Shown: positions 36,531-47,817, counted from the stretch's first letter. The stretch is DNA of 59,407 nt from Candidatus Omnitrophica bacterium UBA6233 (GCA_002440965.1 DJWJ01000038.1:1-59407); one strand, 5' to 3'. The notes: generated from the letters alone by a model not told the origin. Translations and numbers: made by a program.

Positions 36531-39320
36531 TCATTGTTCTTCAAAATATTTTCTAAGATATTTTCCTGTATATGATCTTTGATTCTTAATGAGCTCTTCG
36601 GGGCTAGTTGAAGCAATCAGTTCTCCTCCCTTATCCCCGCCTTCCGGGCCCAAATCAATAATAAAATCTGCGCTTTTAACCACTTCTAAATTATGTTCAA
36701 TGACAATAACGGTATTGCCTTTATCGACCAGCCTCTGCAAAACATCAATCAGTTTGGCTATATCGGCAAAATGCAGGCCTGTAGTCGGCTCATCAAGGAT
36801 ATAGAGAGTATTGCCTGTCGCACGCTTGCTTAATTCACTGGAAAGCTTAATTCTCTGGGCCTCTCCTCCGGAAAGAGTTGTCGCGGATTGGCCCATCTGG
36901 ATATACCCTAAACCAACATCATATAAATAAGCAAGTGTATTATGTATTTTTGGAATGTTATTGAACACTTCCAGCGCTTCTTCTACGGTCATCTCCAATA
37001 CATCAGAAATAGATTTACCTTTATACTTTACAGCTAAGGTCGCCTCGTTAAACCTTAAGCCTTTGCATATATCGCATTTGACATACACATCCGGCAAGAA
37101 ATGCATTTCAATCTTTTTAATTCCATCACCCATACAGGCTTCGCAACGGCCTCCTTTAACATTAAAAGAAAATCTGCCCGGCCTATACCCGCGAACCTTG
37201 GCTTCAGGAAGCTGGCTGAAAATATCACGAATACAACCAAAGACTCCGGTGTAAGTAGTCGGATTTGATCGGGGCGTCCTTCCTATCGGAGACTGATCCA
37301 CAACAATCACCTTATCAATAAACTCTATTCCCGCGATTTTATTGAATAATCCGGGTTTTTCTTTGGACTTGTAAAGTTTCTGCGCCAAAGCCTTAAACAA
37401 TATATCGCCGATAAGAGTAGACTTGCCTGAACCGGACACTCCGGTAACTCCGATAAAGGTACCCAAAGGAAATTTTACATCAATATTCTTAAGGTTGTGT
37501 TCCCGGGCGCCTTTTATCTCCAAGAACTTCTTGTCCTTCCAGCTTCTTCTTATTTTAGGTAAATCTATTTTTAATTCCCTGCGCAAATATTTGGCAGTTA
37601 AAGAATGCCCATCTCCCAGAAGTTCTTCTTTTGTGCCGGAAAAAACCACTTCTCCTCCGGCTCTGCCGGCTCCGGGGCCTAAATCTACAATGTAATCCGC
37701 ATTAAGTATAGTTGATTCGTCATGCTCAACCACAAGTAAAGTATTCCCCAAATCCCTTAATGACTTAAGGGTATCCAACAGTTTATCGTTATCCCGCTGA
37801 TGCAGGCCGATACTTGGTTCATCTAACACATACAAAACTCCAACTAAGCCTGAACCAACCTGAGTAGCCAGGCGAATTCTCTGCGCTTCTCCTCCGGATA
37901 AAGTCGCGCTTTTTCTATCCAGGGTAAGATAATCCAAACCCACATCGATACAAAATTGCAATTTTTGGGTTATTTCTTTCAAAGCCTGATGCGCAATTAG
38001 CTTTTCTTTAGGGTTTAGCGCCAAATTACTGAAGAAATTATACGCTTCTTTGATGGACATTTGGGCAACTTCCCAGATATTCTTTTTGTTGATTCTGACT
38101 GCCAAACTCTCTTTTTTAAGCCGAGCCCCCTTACACGCAGGACAAGCTGAACTTAACATAAATCTGGATATCTCTTCCTTCAGATAATCGCTATCGGAAT
38201 CGCGGAAGAGCCTTTCCAGATGCGGAATAACTCCTTCATACGGCTTACTGCCGATAATCTCTTCCGAACCATAAAGAATCGCCCGCTGGTTTTCTTTGGA
38301 TAATTTATTAAACGGCGTATCCAAATCAAAACGCAATTCTCTAGCTAACTGGCGGATAAGCCAGCGGTAATAGAGAATATAACCTCTTCCGCCTCTTTTC
38401 CACGGACTAATAGCCCCTTCATTTATGGACTTACTCCGGTCAGGGATGACCAAATCCGGATCAAACTTAATCTTTGTCCCTAAACCATTGCATTCAAGAC
38501 AGGCGCCATACGGAGAGTTGAATGAGAAAATGCGCGGCTCAACTTCAGCGTAATTTATTCCGCATTTGGAACAGGCGTATTGTTCGCTAAAAACCATATC
38601 CTCTTTAGCGCTTATTATTACAATTCCTTTACCAACCTTCAGCGCTGTTTCAACCGAATCAGTCAGCCGGTTTTTGACGCCTGCCTTAATAGTGAGCCGG
38701 TCAACCACAACTTCTATATTATGCGTTTTGTACTTAGCTAACTTTAAATCTGGGGGTAACTCATAAACCTTTCCATCAACGCGCGCCCTTACAAATCCTG
38801 ATTTTTGGATCCCGCTAAACACATCTTTATACTCGCCCTTTCTCCCCCTAACAAGCGGAGCGAGTATAAGGATATCTGTCTGCGCAGGTAAAGATAGAAT
38901 TTTTTCAATAATTTCCTGCGAACTTTGCCTTTCTATTGGAGAGCCGCACTGATAACAAAATATCTTTCCAATCCTGGCAAAAAGCAATCTCAAGTAATCG
39001 TAAATTTCCGTCTGGGTCGCTACCGTCGAACGGGGGTTACTGCCGGCAGACCTCTGCTCAATGGCTATTGTAGGAGACAAACCGGAGATATACTCTATAT
39101 CCGGCTTCTGGAGCTGTTCCAAAAACTGACGGGCATAACTGGAAAGGCTTTCAACGAACCTGCGCTGGCCTTCGGCGTAAACAGTATCGAAGGCAAGGCT
39201 GGATTTCCCCGAGCCGGATAAACCAGTAACTACTATAAGCTTATTACGGGGCAACTTTAGGCTTATGTTCTTAAGATTGTGCTCTTTGGCTCCGCGAATA
39301 TCGATAAATTCACTCTGCAT
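36531..39320 (-). CDS. uvrA: Excinuclease ABC subunit A
   Basis: Two Walker A motifs ([18 protein letters not shown]), LSGGEAQR twice, zinc-finger Cys motifs. Confidence 0.98.
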   Translation of the reverse strand: MQSEFIDIRGAKEHNLKNISLKLPRNKLIVVTGLSGSGKSSLAFDTVYAEGQRRFVESLSSYARQFLEQLQKPDIEYISGLSPTIAIEQRSAGSNPRSTVATQTEIYDYLRLLFARIGKIFCYQCGSPIERQSSQEIIEKILSLPAQTDILILAPLVRGRKGEYKDVFSGIQKSGFVRARVDGKVYELPPDLKLAKYKTHNIEVVVDRLTIKAGVKNRLTDSVETALKVGKGIVIISAKEDMVFSEQYACSKCGINYAEVEPRIFSFNSPYGACLECNGLGTKIKFDPDLVIPDRSKSINEGAISPWKRGGRGYILYYRWLIRQLARELRFDLDTPFNKLSKENQRAILYGSEEIIGSKPYEGVIPHLERLFRDSDSDYLKEEISRFMLSSACPACKGARLKKESLAVRINKKNIWEVAQMSIKEAYNFFSNLALNPKEKLIAHQALKEITQKLQFCIDVGLDYLTLDRKSATLSGGEAQRIRLATQVGSGLVGVLYVLDEPSIGLHQRDNDKLLDTLKSLRDLGNTLLVVEHDESTILNADYIVDLGPGAGRAGGEVVFSGTKEELLGDGHSLTAKYLRRELKIDLPKIRRSWKDKKFLEIKGAREHNLKNIDVKFPLGTFIGVTGVSGSGKSTLIGDILFKALAQKLYKSKEKPGLFNKIAGIEFIDKVIVVDQSPIGRTPRSNPTTYTGVFGCIRDIFSQLPEAKVRGYRPGRFSFNVKGGRCEACMGDGIKKIEMHFLPDVYVKCDICKGLRFNEATLAVKYKGKSISDVLEMTVEEALEVFNNIPKIHNTLAYLYDVGLGYIQMGQSATTLSGGEAQRIKLSSELSKRATGNTLYILDEPTTGLHFADIAKLIDVLQRLVDKGNTVIVIEHNLEVVKSADFIIDLGPEGGDKGGELIASTSPEELIKNQRSYTGKYLRKYFEEQ

Positions 39321-39327
39321 TATATTA

Positions 39328-40527
39328 TTACTTAAAAGGAATTAAGTGTTGGGCCCTAAACAGGAAGAAGCTCATCGGGTCATATATACTGCTTTGGACG
39401 AATAAATGGTAAAAGTTAAGGCAATCGAAGAAAGCAAGTGTTATTGTCAAAATAAGAACCATACCAGCTGCCGCCCGGCCGAAGAATTTATTGGCAATGA
39501 TATTTAACATAAGCAGCGAAAATAAACGTAACGGCATGTCCAAAATCATTACGTAGCGCAAATTTTTGGTAAAGAAATCGAACAGGATAAAACTGGACAC
39601 GAATATAACCGCAAAATAAACGACTAGCTCATTGTTCTCCTTGTTCAGGAAAAAATAAAAAATAAAACCGGTTGCCAAGATGACAACCCAGGGAGAAAGA
39701 AGCATATAATCAATTAGATAACGGTACCACGGGCCGGAGCCGAACGAAATCGCGTAAGAATTGGCCTGCGGGGAACTTAAAATTATCCTTACGGTATCGA
39801 ATACAAAAGGCAGGCATCCTAAAAGCGCATAAACCGAGAGAGCGATAAACGGTGGAAGCAATAATACCGCTAAAAAATATTTTACACTGACTTTATTCTT
39901 ATAAACAAACCTTTCAATCAATAACAAAATCAGGAATGGAACAGTTAAAAGAATTATAGTCTCTTTAACAAGGATACTAAAAGAATATACGGCAATAAAA
40001 ATGGTTAATTTTAACCAACCTCGTTTTTTAAGGAAACCCCAGAATAGCCATATCGATAAAGATGAAAACAAGTTTACCGCGCTATCCATCAACGCGCGCC
40101 TGCTCATAGCCAGCTGTATCGGAGAAGAAGCCAGAAGTATTACAAAAGGCAAAGCCAGCTTCTCTCCCAAATATTTCCTCGAGAAACAATATGAAGCAAA
40201 CAGAAAGAACGCGTAGAAGATCAAAGAAAGATAGGCTAAGTTCATAAATGAAGCGCCGGCTACCTTAAACCAAATCGCCGATAAGGTAATGAAACCAACA
40301 CGCAGTGGATTGGGATAAAGCCAAAACTGCTGGTTTTCAAGGTAATTTTCAAAAAGCGCGCCGAATCCGGACAGGCCTTTTTGAGCTATAAAAGAAGCAT
40401 ACCTAAAATAATAACCTTCGTCCGCGCTTGAGGCAAAACGAATGTTTCTAAGAGTAAAGGAAACCAGCGTAACGGCTACCACGAGCATCAAAAACAGAAT
40501 CAGCCTATAATTCGATTTTGCGGCCAT
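39328..40527 (-). CDS. GT-C fold membrane glycosyltransferase (PMT_2/GT39-like)
   Basis: SSADEGYY acidic motif after TM1; about 11 TM segments. Confidence 0.75.
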   Translation of the reverse strand: MAAKSNYRLILFLMLVVAVTLVSFTLRNIRFASSADEGYYFRYASFIAQKGLSGFGALFENYLENQQFWLYPNPLRVGFITLSAIWFKVAGASFMNLAYLSLIFYAFFLFASYCFSRKYLGEKLALPFVILLASSPIQLAMSRRALMDSAVNLFSSLSIWLFWGFLKKRGWLKLTIFIAVYSFSILVKETIILLTVPFLILLLIERFVYKNKVSVKYFLAVLLLPPFIALSVYALLGCLPFVFDTVRIILSSPQANSYAISFGSGPWYRYLIDYMLLSPWVVILATGFIFYFFLNKENNELVVYFAVIFVSSFILFDFFTKNLRYVMILDMPLRLFSLLMLNIIANKFFGRAAAGMVLILTITLAFFDCLNFYHLFVQSSIYDPMSFFLFRAQHLIPFK

Positions 40528-41266
40528 TGGGATTGAATATTGAAAATTTAACTAAATTTAATCTATCCATAAATAAAGCCAAACTTGTTCCGATTACTCC
40601 GAAACCGTAGACTATGCTTCGCCCAAAGGAGATTGAGGAAGAATCGCTGGCATACCGGGAAGGCGCGGTTAACTCGCCTGTTTTATACCCAAAACGGATT
40701 ATTTGAGCAAGCATTTGATTATCAAAAATAAAATCATCGGAATTCTCCAATAACGGCAGATTAAGCAAGACTTGCCGGGAAAACGCCCTGTAACCCGTAT
40801 GATACTCGGACAGCTTAGCCCCGGAAACCATGTTTTCGAAAAAAGTGAGAAACCTGTTAGAAATATACTTATAGATAGGCATGCCTCCTTTAAGAGCCAT
40901 GCCCCCAAGTATTCTTGAACCTAAAACAACATCGAACATTCCTGAAGCCACCAGGCTAGCCATCGCATTTATCAATTTTGGAGGATACTGATAGTCGGGA
41001 TGAAGCATAATAACTATATCCGCTCCCCTTTTCAGGGCTTCTTCATAACAAGTTTTTTGGTTTGCCCCGTAGCCGCGGTTATTCTCGTGCGCAATAACCT
41101 GCACGCCAAGCTTGCGGCAGACCTCCACGGTGTTATCCCGGCTGTGGTCGTCTACGGCTAATATTTCGTCAACCAAACCTCTGGGGATATCCAGATAAGT
41201 CCGCTCTATAGTCTGTTCGGCATTATAAGCGGGCATCACTACTATGATTTTCTTGCCTTCCAGCAT
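40505..41266 (-). CDS. GT2 glycosyltransferase (polyprenol-phosphate sugar synthase-like)
   Basis: VVMPAYNAE, VDDHSRD, HPDYQY, SEYHTGYRAF. Confidence 0.9.
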   Translation of the reverse strand: MLEGKKIIVVMPAYNAEQTIERTYLDIPRGLVDEILAVDDHSRDNTVEVCRKLGVQVIAHENNRGYGANQKTCYEEALKRGADIVIMLHPDYQYPPKLINAMASLVASGMFDVVLGSRILGGMALKGGMPIYKYISNRFLTFFENMVSGAKLSEYHTGYRAFSRQVLLNLPLLENSDDFIFDNQMLAQIIRFGYKTGELTAPSRYASDSSSISFGRSIVYGFGVIGTSLALFMDRLNLVKFSIFNPNGRKIEL

Positions 41267-41289
41267 GGAATTATTATAACATAAATGAA

Positions 41290-41326
41290 GGACGGTTCCG
41301 TTCTTTTTGAGAAAACAGAACCGTCC
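41290..41326. repeat. Third GGACGGTTC-family hairpin (possible terminator)
   Basis: GGACGGTTC (41290-41298) ... GAACCGTCC (41318-41326). Confidence 0.75.
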
Positions 41327-41343
41327 CCTTGTTTTTCCTTAGA

Positions 41344-41583
41344 TTATTTCTTTTTCTTCTTGCCGCCTCTTTTCATCTTGGCGCAGGAAACATCACCCTG
41401 CTTATCCAAGAAATAAAGGTAGCCTTCTTTTCTCTTGATACCGCATTTAGCTACTTTTTTGGGACTGCCTCCTTTTTTAGAGCCTCTAGCCATCTTGGCG
41501 CAGGAAACATCACCCTGCTTGTCAATGTAATAGAGGAATCCCTTCTGCCTCTTTACTCCCAACTTCGCTATTTTTTCTGCCAT
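41344..41583 (-). CDS. Small, very basic two-repeat protein, putative nucleic-acid-binding
   Basis: RBS GGGGGTG before the ATG at 41583; two units K.AK.G.KR..G.LY..DKQGDVSCAKM.RG; Lys-rich tail. Confidence 0.85.
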   Translation of the reverse strand: MAEKIAKLGVKRQKGFLYYIDKQGDVSCAKMARGSKKGGSPKKVAKCGIKRKEGYLYFLDKQGDVSCAKMKRGGKKKKK

Positions 41584-41660
41584 TTTCGTATTCACCCCCT
41601 CTCGTTTAAGAATTTTTGAACTATGCGCGTGAACCGCAACTTAAAACTGGTTATTTAGTT

Positions 41661-41794
41661 TAATGACAAATGACAAAGCACAAAATTCAAAATAAATTTA
41701 AATGACAAAATCCAAATGACAAAACCTTGGTTTTGACATTTGTAATTTTGATTTTGAATTTATTTTGTGCTTTGAATTTTTTCATTTGTCATTA
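41661..41794. repeat. Family-1 palindrome, copy D
   Basis: TAATGACAAATGAC...AAAACCTTGGTTTT...TCATTTGTCATTA; AAAAGTA-type heptamers flank it at ~41795-41825. Confidence 0.92.
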
Positions 41795-41843
41795 CACTTT
41801 TTACTTTTAACCTTACTTTTTGGCCATCACTCAATACTCTTTT

Positions 41844-42671
41844 TCAGGTCCCTATTACCACCGGCTCTAAAATATGCTTTAGCATCGCCACCGCGGATAA
41901 AACCGCAAGAAAACTGGTCTTAGGATTATCAGGATGCAAGACATTTTCCGTGCGGGTAAAAATATTTGCCGCCGGAGACACTACCCTGACTTCATGCGTA
42001 TTCCGGCTGACTCCAGGAGAAGCAATTATTTTTACCAGCGTTTTACTTTCCCCTACTCCTGCCAAGCTTAAAACAGCGGCAACGTTTATATTTTGAGGGA
42101 AATATTTAACCGCATCCCTGGCCTTACCGGAGAATAACACGGTTTCTTTCTTAATTTTATCCAATTTTATTCCTTTATCCACAATATATTTTACCCCTTT
42201 GAAGGAAAGCGGATTTTTAGTGGTAGTAAGAATTACTTTATCAATTCTGCCGGCATGCGCGGCCTTTACCGCATCAATCCCGGAAAGGGCTCCGCTGGGA
42301 ATATACACCCTTGAATTATTCTTTCCGGCTAAAGCCCTTAGTTGCTTAAGACGCCCCGATACCCCGCCTACGCTCATAATCATAACATCCTTGCCGCTGG
42401 ACAAAGCCGCTCTGGCAATATTCCAAGAGACATTTGCCGAAGCCGCTTCGATTACCAACTCGGATTCCCGGATAATCCGCCCTAAACTGTCCACTGCCAA
42501 ACCCGGCTTCCCGGACAATTTTCTGGATAAAATTTCGGCTTTATGCTTATCCAAATCATAAAGACCGCAAAGCTTGGCCTCTTTGGCAAAATCCTTAACG
42601 ATTGCCTTTGTCAAAGAACTGCCTATCGCTCCACAGCCAACTATGCCGATTATCTTTTTTCTCATTTTCAA
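41844..42671 (-). CDS. nadX: L-aspartate dehydrogenase (NAD biosynthesis)
   Basis: GIVGCGAIG, IEAASA, PSGALSGID, FPQNINVAA, NPKTSFLA. Confidence 0.92.
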   Translation of the reverse strand: MKMRKKIIGIVGCGAIGSSLTKAIVKDFAKEAKLCGLYDLDKHKAEILSRKLSGKPGLAVDSLGRIIRESELVIEAASANVSWNIARAALSSGKDVMIMSVGGVSGRLKQLRALAGKNNSRVYIPSGALSGIDAVKAAHAGRIDKVILTTTKNPLSFKGVKYIVDKGIKLDKIKKETVLFSGKARDAVKYFPQNINVAAVLSLAGVGESKTLVKIIASPGVSRNTHEVRVVSPAANIFTRTENVLHPDNPKTSFLAVLSAVAMLKHILEPVVIGT

Positions 42672-42672
42672 A

Positions 42673-44562
42673 CTATTTTCCTATCAATGCCTTTGCCTTG
42701 CTTATCGCATTCTTTAAAACCGCATTATCCGGATCTAACAGCAAAGCTCTCTGCCAATAATAAACCGCTGATTTCAAGTCTCCCTGAATCGAGTAAATAT
42801 TTCCCAGGTTCAACAAAGCTTCTTTTGAATCCGGATCAATCTCTAATGCCTGAAGAAAACATTTTTGGGCAGCGCTAAACAAGTTTTGCGAGACATAAGC
42901 AATGCCAAGTTTAACGGAATAATCGCTCCTCGCAGGATTCAAATCTACAGCTTTCGATAAGTAACAACTTGCTTCATTATATTGCTGTTTACCCAAATAA
43001 TACAATCCTAAATTAGCATAAGTTAAATGTAAACTCTTGTTCAATTTTAAAGCGGCAAGAAAAGCCTGAAACGCCTTTTCACTCTCTCCGCGGCTTCCAT
43101 AAATTGCGCCCATATTATTCAACGCAATCGGGTCAGCTTTCAACTCATATGAACGGTTGTACATCTCGAGCGCCAAATCCGGGCTGCCTTTTTTATAATA
43201 GAAATCTCCCATTCCCCTGGCCTCTGCCGGATCCTGCTCCAATACTTTGGTAAATTCTCTCTGCGCCAGCGAATAGTCTCCCGATTTCATATAAGCATAA
43301 GCAAGATTCAACCTTAAATCATTGGCGCGCGGCGAAAAACGTAACGCGTTTTCAAAAAGAACTCGGTTGTTTTTCCAAAATCTGTTGTTATAGATTGACA
43401 ACGCTATCCAGGAAAAACATATAAACAGGACTATGACAATAAAAACGGCTTTATGCTTATCAAACAACTTAAGCAATAAGTAAGCCACTATAAGAAAGAA
43501 TCCGGCAGACGGCAAATAGAGCCATAACTCCGACATAAAGGCTCCAGAAGGAGCTTTTATATACATAGCTTTAAAAACAAAGGCCAGCAGGATAAGAAAC
43601 CAGGCTGTCCCAAACCAAAAAATCTCTTTCTTCTTTATCAGGCTCCAAATAAACAGAAAAGCCAGCGCCAGAACCCCGGATATAACGAAGAAAACCTGCA
43701 AACCGGAAAATGAATCCAGAAAAGGCGTCAACCGGCCAACATGGAGATTTATCGGTATAATTAACAGATTTAAATAACGCAATATAATATTGAAAAAATT
43801 AAGCAAATTAAGCCCGAAGCCTAAATCAAAACGGCCGTATCTGCTTATATCAAGGGAAGCATTTACTAGAAAAACCCTTACCAATAGGAATACGGATAAA
43901 ATTAATAAAAACGGCCATATTTTCTTTATATAAACGGATACATTCTTATTATATTTAATTACGCAAAGGATAATCAGCGGAATGAACAAAAAGCCGGCAT
44001 CTTTACATAAAAGGCTCAAAGCAAAAAATATGAGTGTTAATATATACTGATACCCCTTCCCGAGTTTTATGTATAAAATATAAGAAATCACGCTCAACAG
44101 CCCGAAAAACGAAAAAAGCAAATTGTCCCTGCATACAATCCAATCCACACAGGAGGTTTGTATTGGATGAATCGTAAAAAAAATACCGGTCAAAAGAGCC
44201 AGCCTGAAACTACCGAAAAGCATATTAACAAGAAAAAACAGCAGGAAAGCGTTACAACAATGCAAAAGAATATTGTCAAAATGATACCCGCGCTGGTTTA
44301 ATCCCCAAAAACGATACTCCAAGGCATGAGTCAACACCGGAAGAGGACGATAATACCTGGGCGCATCTATGGTATTAGGAAAAATATCGCTTTTAAAAAG
44401 ACGCGGCCAATATTTGGCGTGTTTAATAAAAACATTCCCCACAATTATATCCTCGTCGTCGTAAACAAACCCGTTTTTAACAGAATTGGAATAAGAACAA
44501 AATCCTGTCGCGCAAAATAAAATAAAAACCAGAAAATATACGACAAATGGATTTTTACGCAT
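42673..44562 (-). CDS. TMTC-like membrane glycosyltransferase with C-terminal TPRs
   Basis: GFVYDD, YYRPL, FTIHPIQT, multiple TM segments, TPR tail. Confidence 0.82.
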   Translation of the reverse strand: MRKNPFVVYFLVFILFCATGFCSYSNSVKNGFVYDDEDIIVGNVFIKHAKYWPRLFKSDIFPNTIDAPRYYRPLPVLTHALEYRFWGLNQRGYHFDNILLHCCNAFLLFFLVNMLFGSFRLALLTGIFFTIHPIQTSCVDWIVCRDNLLFSFFGLLSVISYILYIKLGKGYQYILTLIFFALSLLCKDAGFLFIPLIILCVIKYNKNVSVYIKKIWPFLLILSVFLLVRVFLVNASLDISRYGRFDLGFGLNLLNFFNIILRYLNLLIIPINLHVGRLTPFLDSFSGLQVFFVISGVLALAFLFIWSLIKKKEIFWFGTAWFLILLAFVFKAMYIKAPSGAFMSELWLYLPSAGFFLIVAYLLLKLFDKHKAVFIVIVLFICFSWIALSIYNNRFWKNNRVLFENALRFSPRANDLRLNLAYAYMKSGDYSLAQREFTKVLEQDPAEARGMGDFYYKKGSPDLALEMYNRSYELKADPIALNNMGAIYGSRGESEKAFQAFLAALKLNKSLHLTYANLGLYYLGKQQYNEASCYLSKAVDLNPARSDYSVKLGIAYVSQNLFSAAQKCFLQALEIDPDSKEALLNLGNIYSIQGDLKSAVYYWQRALLLDPDNAVLKNAISKAKALIGK

Positions 44563-45400
44563 CGGCCATCCCGTTATCTATCAGCCTTGTTTTACCAATC
44601 CATACAGCTAAAATAATAAGGCACCTTCCGGATATCTTCTTAAGCGGCTCCAGGTTTTTAGGATCGACAATTGCGATATAATCTATCCTGGCAGCTTTAT
44701 CTTTTAAAATAAGCCTGCGCATTCTATCAATAATCACGGATACGTTTACCGCCCCATTCCCGATTAAAAGTTCGGCCAGCTTCAATGATTTATGCAAAAC
44801 CAGGGCGCTCTTTCTTTCCCGCGATTTTAAATAGACGTTACGCGAACTCAACGCCAGCCCGTCTTCCTGACGGACAATCGGCATAACCTTTATTTTAACC
44901 GGAAAATTTAAATCCCCGGCCATCCGCTTGATTATAATTGCCTGCTGGGCATCTTTCTGCCCAAAATAAGCGGTATCAGGACGGATAATATTAAAAAGCT
45001 TGGCAACTATTGTAGCAACTCCCCGAAAATGCCCGGGACGGCTTTTTCCGCAAAATACCCCGCTTAAGGTTTTAACATCTATATAGGTAGAAAAACTTTC
45101 TCCGAACATATCATTTACCCCGGGAGAAAAAACATAATCAACTCCTGCGCTTTTACAAAGCGATAAATCCGCCTTTAACGGACGGGGATATTTCCTCAGA
45201 TCCTCTTTTGGGCCAAACTGGGCAGGGTTTACAAAGATGCTGACCACAACCACATCGTTTTCTTCCCGGGCTTTACGAATCAAACTCAAATGCCCCTCGT
45301 GCAAAGCTCCCATAGTCGGGACAAAACCGATGGATTTACCTTTTAATTTAAGATTCTTCGAGCATTTCGATAAAATCAACGGGTTTTTAATTATTTTCAT
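44555..45400 (-). CDS. panC: Pantoate--beta-alanine ligase
   Basis: PTMGALHEGH, FVNPAQF, RPGHFRGV, GQKDAQQ, GLALSSRN. Confidence 0.97.
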   Translation of the reverse strand: MKIIKNPLILSKCSKNLKLKGKSIGFVPTMGALHEGHLSLIRKAREENDVVVVSIFVNPAQFGPKEDLRKYPRPLKADLSLCKSAGVDYVFSPGVNDMFGESFSTYIDVKTLSGVFCGKSRPGHFRGVATIVAKLFNIIRPDTAYFGQKDAQQAIIIKRMAGDLNFPVKIKVMPIVRQEDGLALSSRNVYLKSRERKSALVLHKSLKLAELLIGNGAVNVSVIIDRMRRLILKDKAARIDYIAIVDPKNLEPLKKISGRCLIILAVWIGKTRLIDNGMADA

Positions 45401-45798
45401 ATTATTTCCGTTAACGGCTTAACTACAAAATCCCTGGCAAACATTCGTGGATGCGGGACAATGAGATTCTTTTTGCTGATTACTTTATCGCCATAAAGTA
45501 AAATATCCAAATCTATCACCCGGGGGCCGTTACGCACGGATTTTACCCGCCCCATTTCTTTTTCGATTATTTTAAGCTTCTTTAGGAGTTTTAAGGGCGA
45601 AAGGATGGTGCTGATTTTAAGGCTGGCGTTTAAGAATTTCGGCTGGTTTCGCGGGCCTCCGACGGGATCGGTTTCAACAATAGATGATTGCTTTAAAACT
45701 TTTGTATCTTTCAAGAGATTAATCTTTCTTATGGCTTGCCCGATGTTTTTTTTCCTGTTCCCCAAGTTCGAACCTAAACTTAAATAACAAATTACCAT
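45397..45798 (-). CDS. folK: 2-amino-4-hydroxy-6-hydroxymethyldihydropteridine diphosphokinase
   Basis: YLSLGSNLG, GPRVIDLDILLY, PHPRM. Confidence 0.96.
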   Translation of the reverse strand: MVICYLSLGSNLGNRKKNIGQAIRKINLLKDTKVLKQSSIVETDPVGGPRNQPKFLNASLKISTILSPLKLLKKLKIIEKEMGRVKSVRNGPRVIDLDILLYGDKVISKKNLIVPHPRMFARDFVVKPLTEII

Positions 45799-46961
45799 AA
45801 ATTATCTATATTTTTTAACCTATCCAGAGCTTCTCTTATACGGTCCTTATCAACAGTAAGCGCCATACGGATATAACCTTCTCCGTATTTTCCAAAACCG
45901 ACTCCGGGAGTTACGACAATATTAGCTTTCTCTAAAAGCTCCCCGGAGAACTTTATTGAATCCCTGCCTTGAGGAACTTTTATCCAGACATAAAATGTCG
46001 CTTTCGGATTAAGCGCCAACCATCCCAAAGAATTCAAACCCCTTATAAGCACGTCGCGCCTTTCCTGATAAAAAGAACACATGCGCTCGACATGTTCCTG
46101 GGGGCCATTGAGAGCCGCGGCACCGGCCAATTGCACAGCCGAAAAAATCCCCGAATCGACATTGGATTTTACTTTGGCCAAAGCCGATATTAATTTTTTA
46201 TTCCCACAGGCCCAACCCACCCGCCAACCAGTCATGTTATAAGTCTTCGATAAAGAATGAAACTCCACTACCACATCACCGGCTCCTTTAAATTCCAATA
46301 AACTCTTGGGCTTATATCCGTCGTAGCATATTTCCGAATAAGCAAGGTCCGAGATAATTATAATTTTGTTTTTATGAGCGAAACCGATCAGCTCTTTATA
46401 AAAAGAATCCTGCGCTATAGCGGATGTAGGATTATTAGGGTAATTGACAAAAATTATCTTTGCTTTTTTGCGCGCGGACAAAGGTATTGATTTTAAATCC
46501 GGAAGAAAAGCGTTTTTCTCCAGAAGCGGCATGATATAAGGCTTACCGCCGGCCAAGATTGTCCCGCCTTTATAAGGAGGATAACACGGGTCGGGAACCA
46601 AAGAATAATCTCCCGGATTTAAAAAAGCCAGCGGAAAATGCGCGATCCCCTCTTTTGAACCAATTAACGGAAGGATTTCGGAATCAGGATCAAGCTTAAC
46701 TCTGAATTTGCGCTTATACCAACCTTCAATCGCGCGGCGTAAAATCGGCATACCTTGATCCAAGGCGTAACGGTGGTTAGCCGGCTCAAGCGCTGCGCGA
46801 TGCAACGCTTCGATTATATGCTTAGGAGTAGGCTGATCCGGATCCCCTATCCCAAGATCAATAATATCACGGCCTTGGGCGCGAGCCTTTCTCTTGGCTT
46901 TATCAATTTCTAAAAATAAGTACGGAGGCAATTCCTGCAACTTTTTAGATAGCTTAAACAT
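45792..46961 (-). CDS. dapL: LL-diaminopimelate aminotransferase
   Basis: LGIGDPD, GSKEG, NYPNNPT, HSLSKTYNMTGWRVG; located in the dap operon. Confidence 0.85.
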   Translation of the reverse strand: MFKLSKKLQELPPYLFLEIDKAKRKARAQGRDIIDLGIGDPDQPTPKHIIEALHRAALEPANHRYALDQGMPILRRAIEGWYKRKFRVKLDPDSEILPLIGSKEGIAHFPLAFLNPGDYSLVPDPCYPPYKGGTILAGGKPYIMPLLEKNAFLPDLKSIPLSARKKAKIIFVNYPNNPTSAIAQDSFYKELIGFAHKNKIIIISDLAYSEICYDGYKPKSLLEFKGAGDVVVEFHSLSKTYNMTGWRVGWACGNKKLISALAKVKSNVDSGIFSAVQLAGAAALNGPQEHVERMCSFYQERRDVLIRGLNSLGWLALNPKATFYVWIKVPQGRDSIKFSGELLEKANIVVTPGVGFGKYGEGYIRMALTVDKDRIREALDRLKNIDNLW

Positions 46962-46977
46962 AGATTCCCCTATTATT

Positions 46978-47106
46978 TAATATCCAATCACCAAATCAGA
47001 ATGTCGAATGAAATCCCCTGCTTGTCGGCAAACAGGCAATTACTCAATATCCCAATTGTAACTTGGGATTTGATTAATTCATTCGTCATTGGGGCTTGTA
47101 TATTGA
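46978..47106. repeat. Family-2 (CCAAT/ATTGG) heptamer element carrying a nested 20-bp palindrome
   Basis: Homologous, inverted, to 54622-54733; extra CCTGCTTGTCGGCAAACAGG at 47017-47036. Confidence 0.85.
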
Positions 47107-47817
47107 TCATTTTAAAACGTCTTGCATAGAATATAACCCCGCGGGCTTGCCAAAAATCCATTTTGCCGCTCTTAACGCGCCCAAAACGAATAAATCCCGC
47201 GAATGCGCCTGATGCTTTATCTCGATGCGCTCGGAATTCCCGCAGAATACTATCGTATGGTCTCCGACAATATCGCCGAGACGGATTGCATGAGCCGGGA
47301 TTTGCCTGCCGGTAGCTTCACTCAAAATTTCCATCATTTTCTTAGCTGTCCCGGAAGGCGCGTCTTTCTTGGTTTTGTGGTGCGCTTCAACTATTTCAAT
47401 GCTATAATCCGGCCCTAATTTTTTAGCTATCTGCGGCAATATCTCAAATAAAACATTCACTCCGATAGCCATATTCGGGCTAAATACAACCGGAACAACC
47501 CGGGATATCTCTTCGATTTTCCTTATTTGAGGATCGCTTAAACCGGTGGTTCCCAAAACAAGGGCCTTTCTATACTTTGCGACATAATCCAAGGTGGCCT
47601 CGGCTGCTTCGGGAACAGTAAAATCAACGAATACATCCGTAAGAAAGAGCCCGTCGATGCTTGAGGAAATCTTGAGTTTACCAATATCTTTTCCGATTGC
47701 CGGAGTCCCTTTCTTTTCCAAAGCCAAGGTCAATTCAAAATCTTTATCCGAAGAAGCTAACTCGAAAATCCGCCGACCCATTTTCCCGCAAACACCGGCT
47801 ATGCCTAATTTAATCAT
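47107..47817 (-). CDS. dapB: 4-hydroxy-tetrahydrodipicolinate reductase
   Basis: GVCGKMG, LGTTG, EAHHKTKKDAPSGTA, RLGDIVGDH. Confidence 0.96.
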   Translation of the reverse strand: MIKLGIAGVCGKMGRRIFELASSDKDFELTLALEKKGTPAIGKDIGKLKISSSIDGLFLTDVFVDFTVPEAAEATLDYVAKYRKALVLGTTGLSDPQIRKIEEISRVVPVVFSPNMAIGVNVLFEILPQIAKKLGPDYSIEIVEAHHKTKKDAPSGTAKKMMEILSEATGRQIPAHAIRLGDIVGDHTIVFCGNSERIEIKHQAHSRDLFVLGALRAAKWIFGKPAGLYSMQDVLK

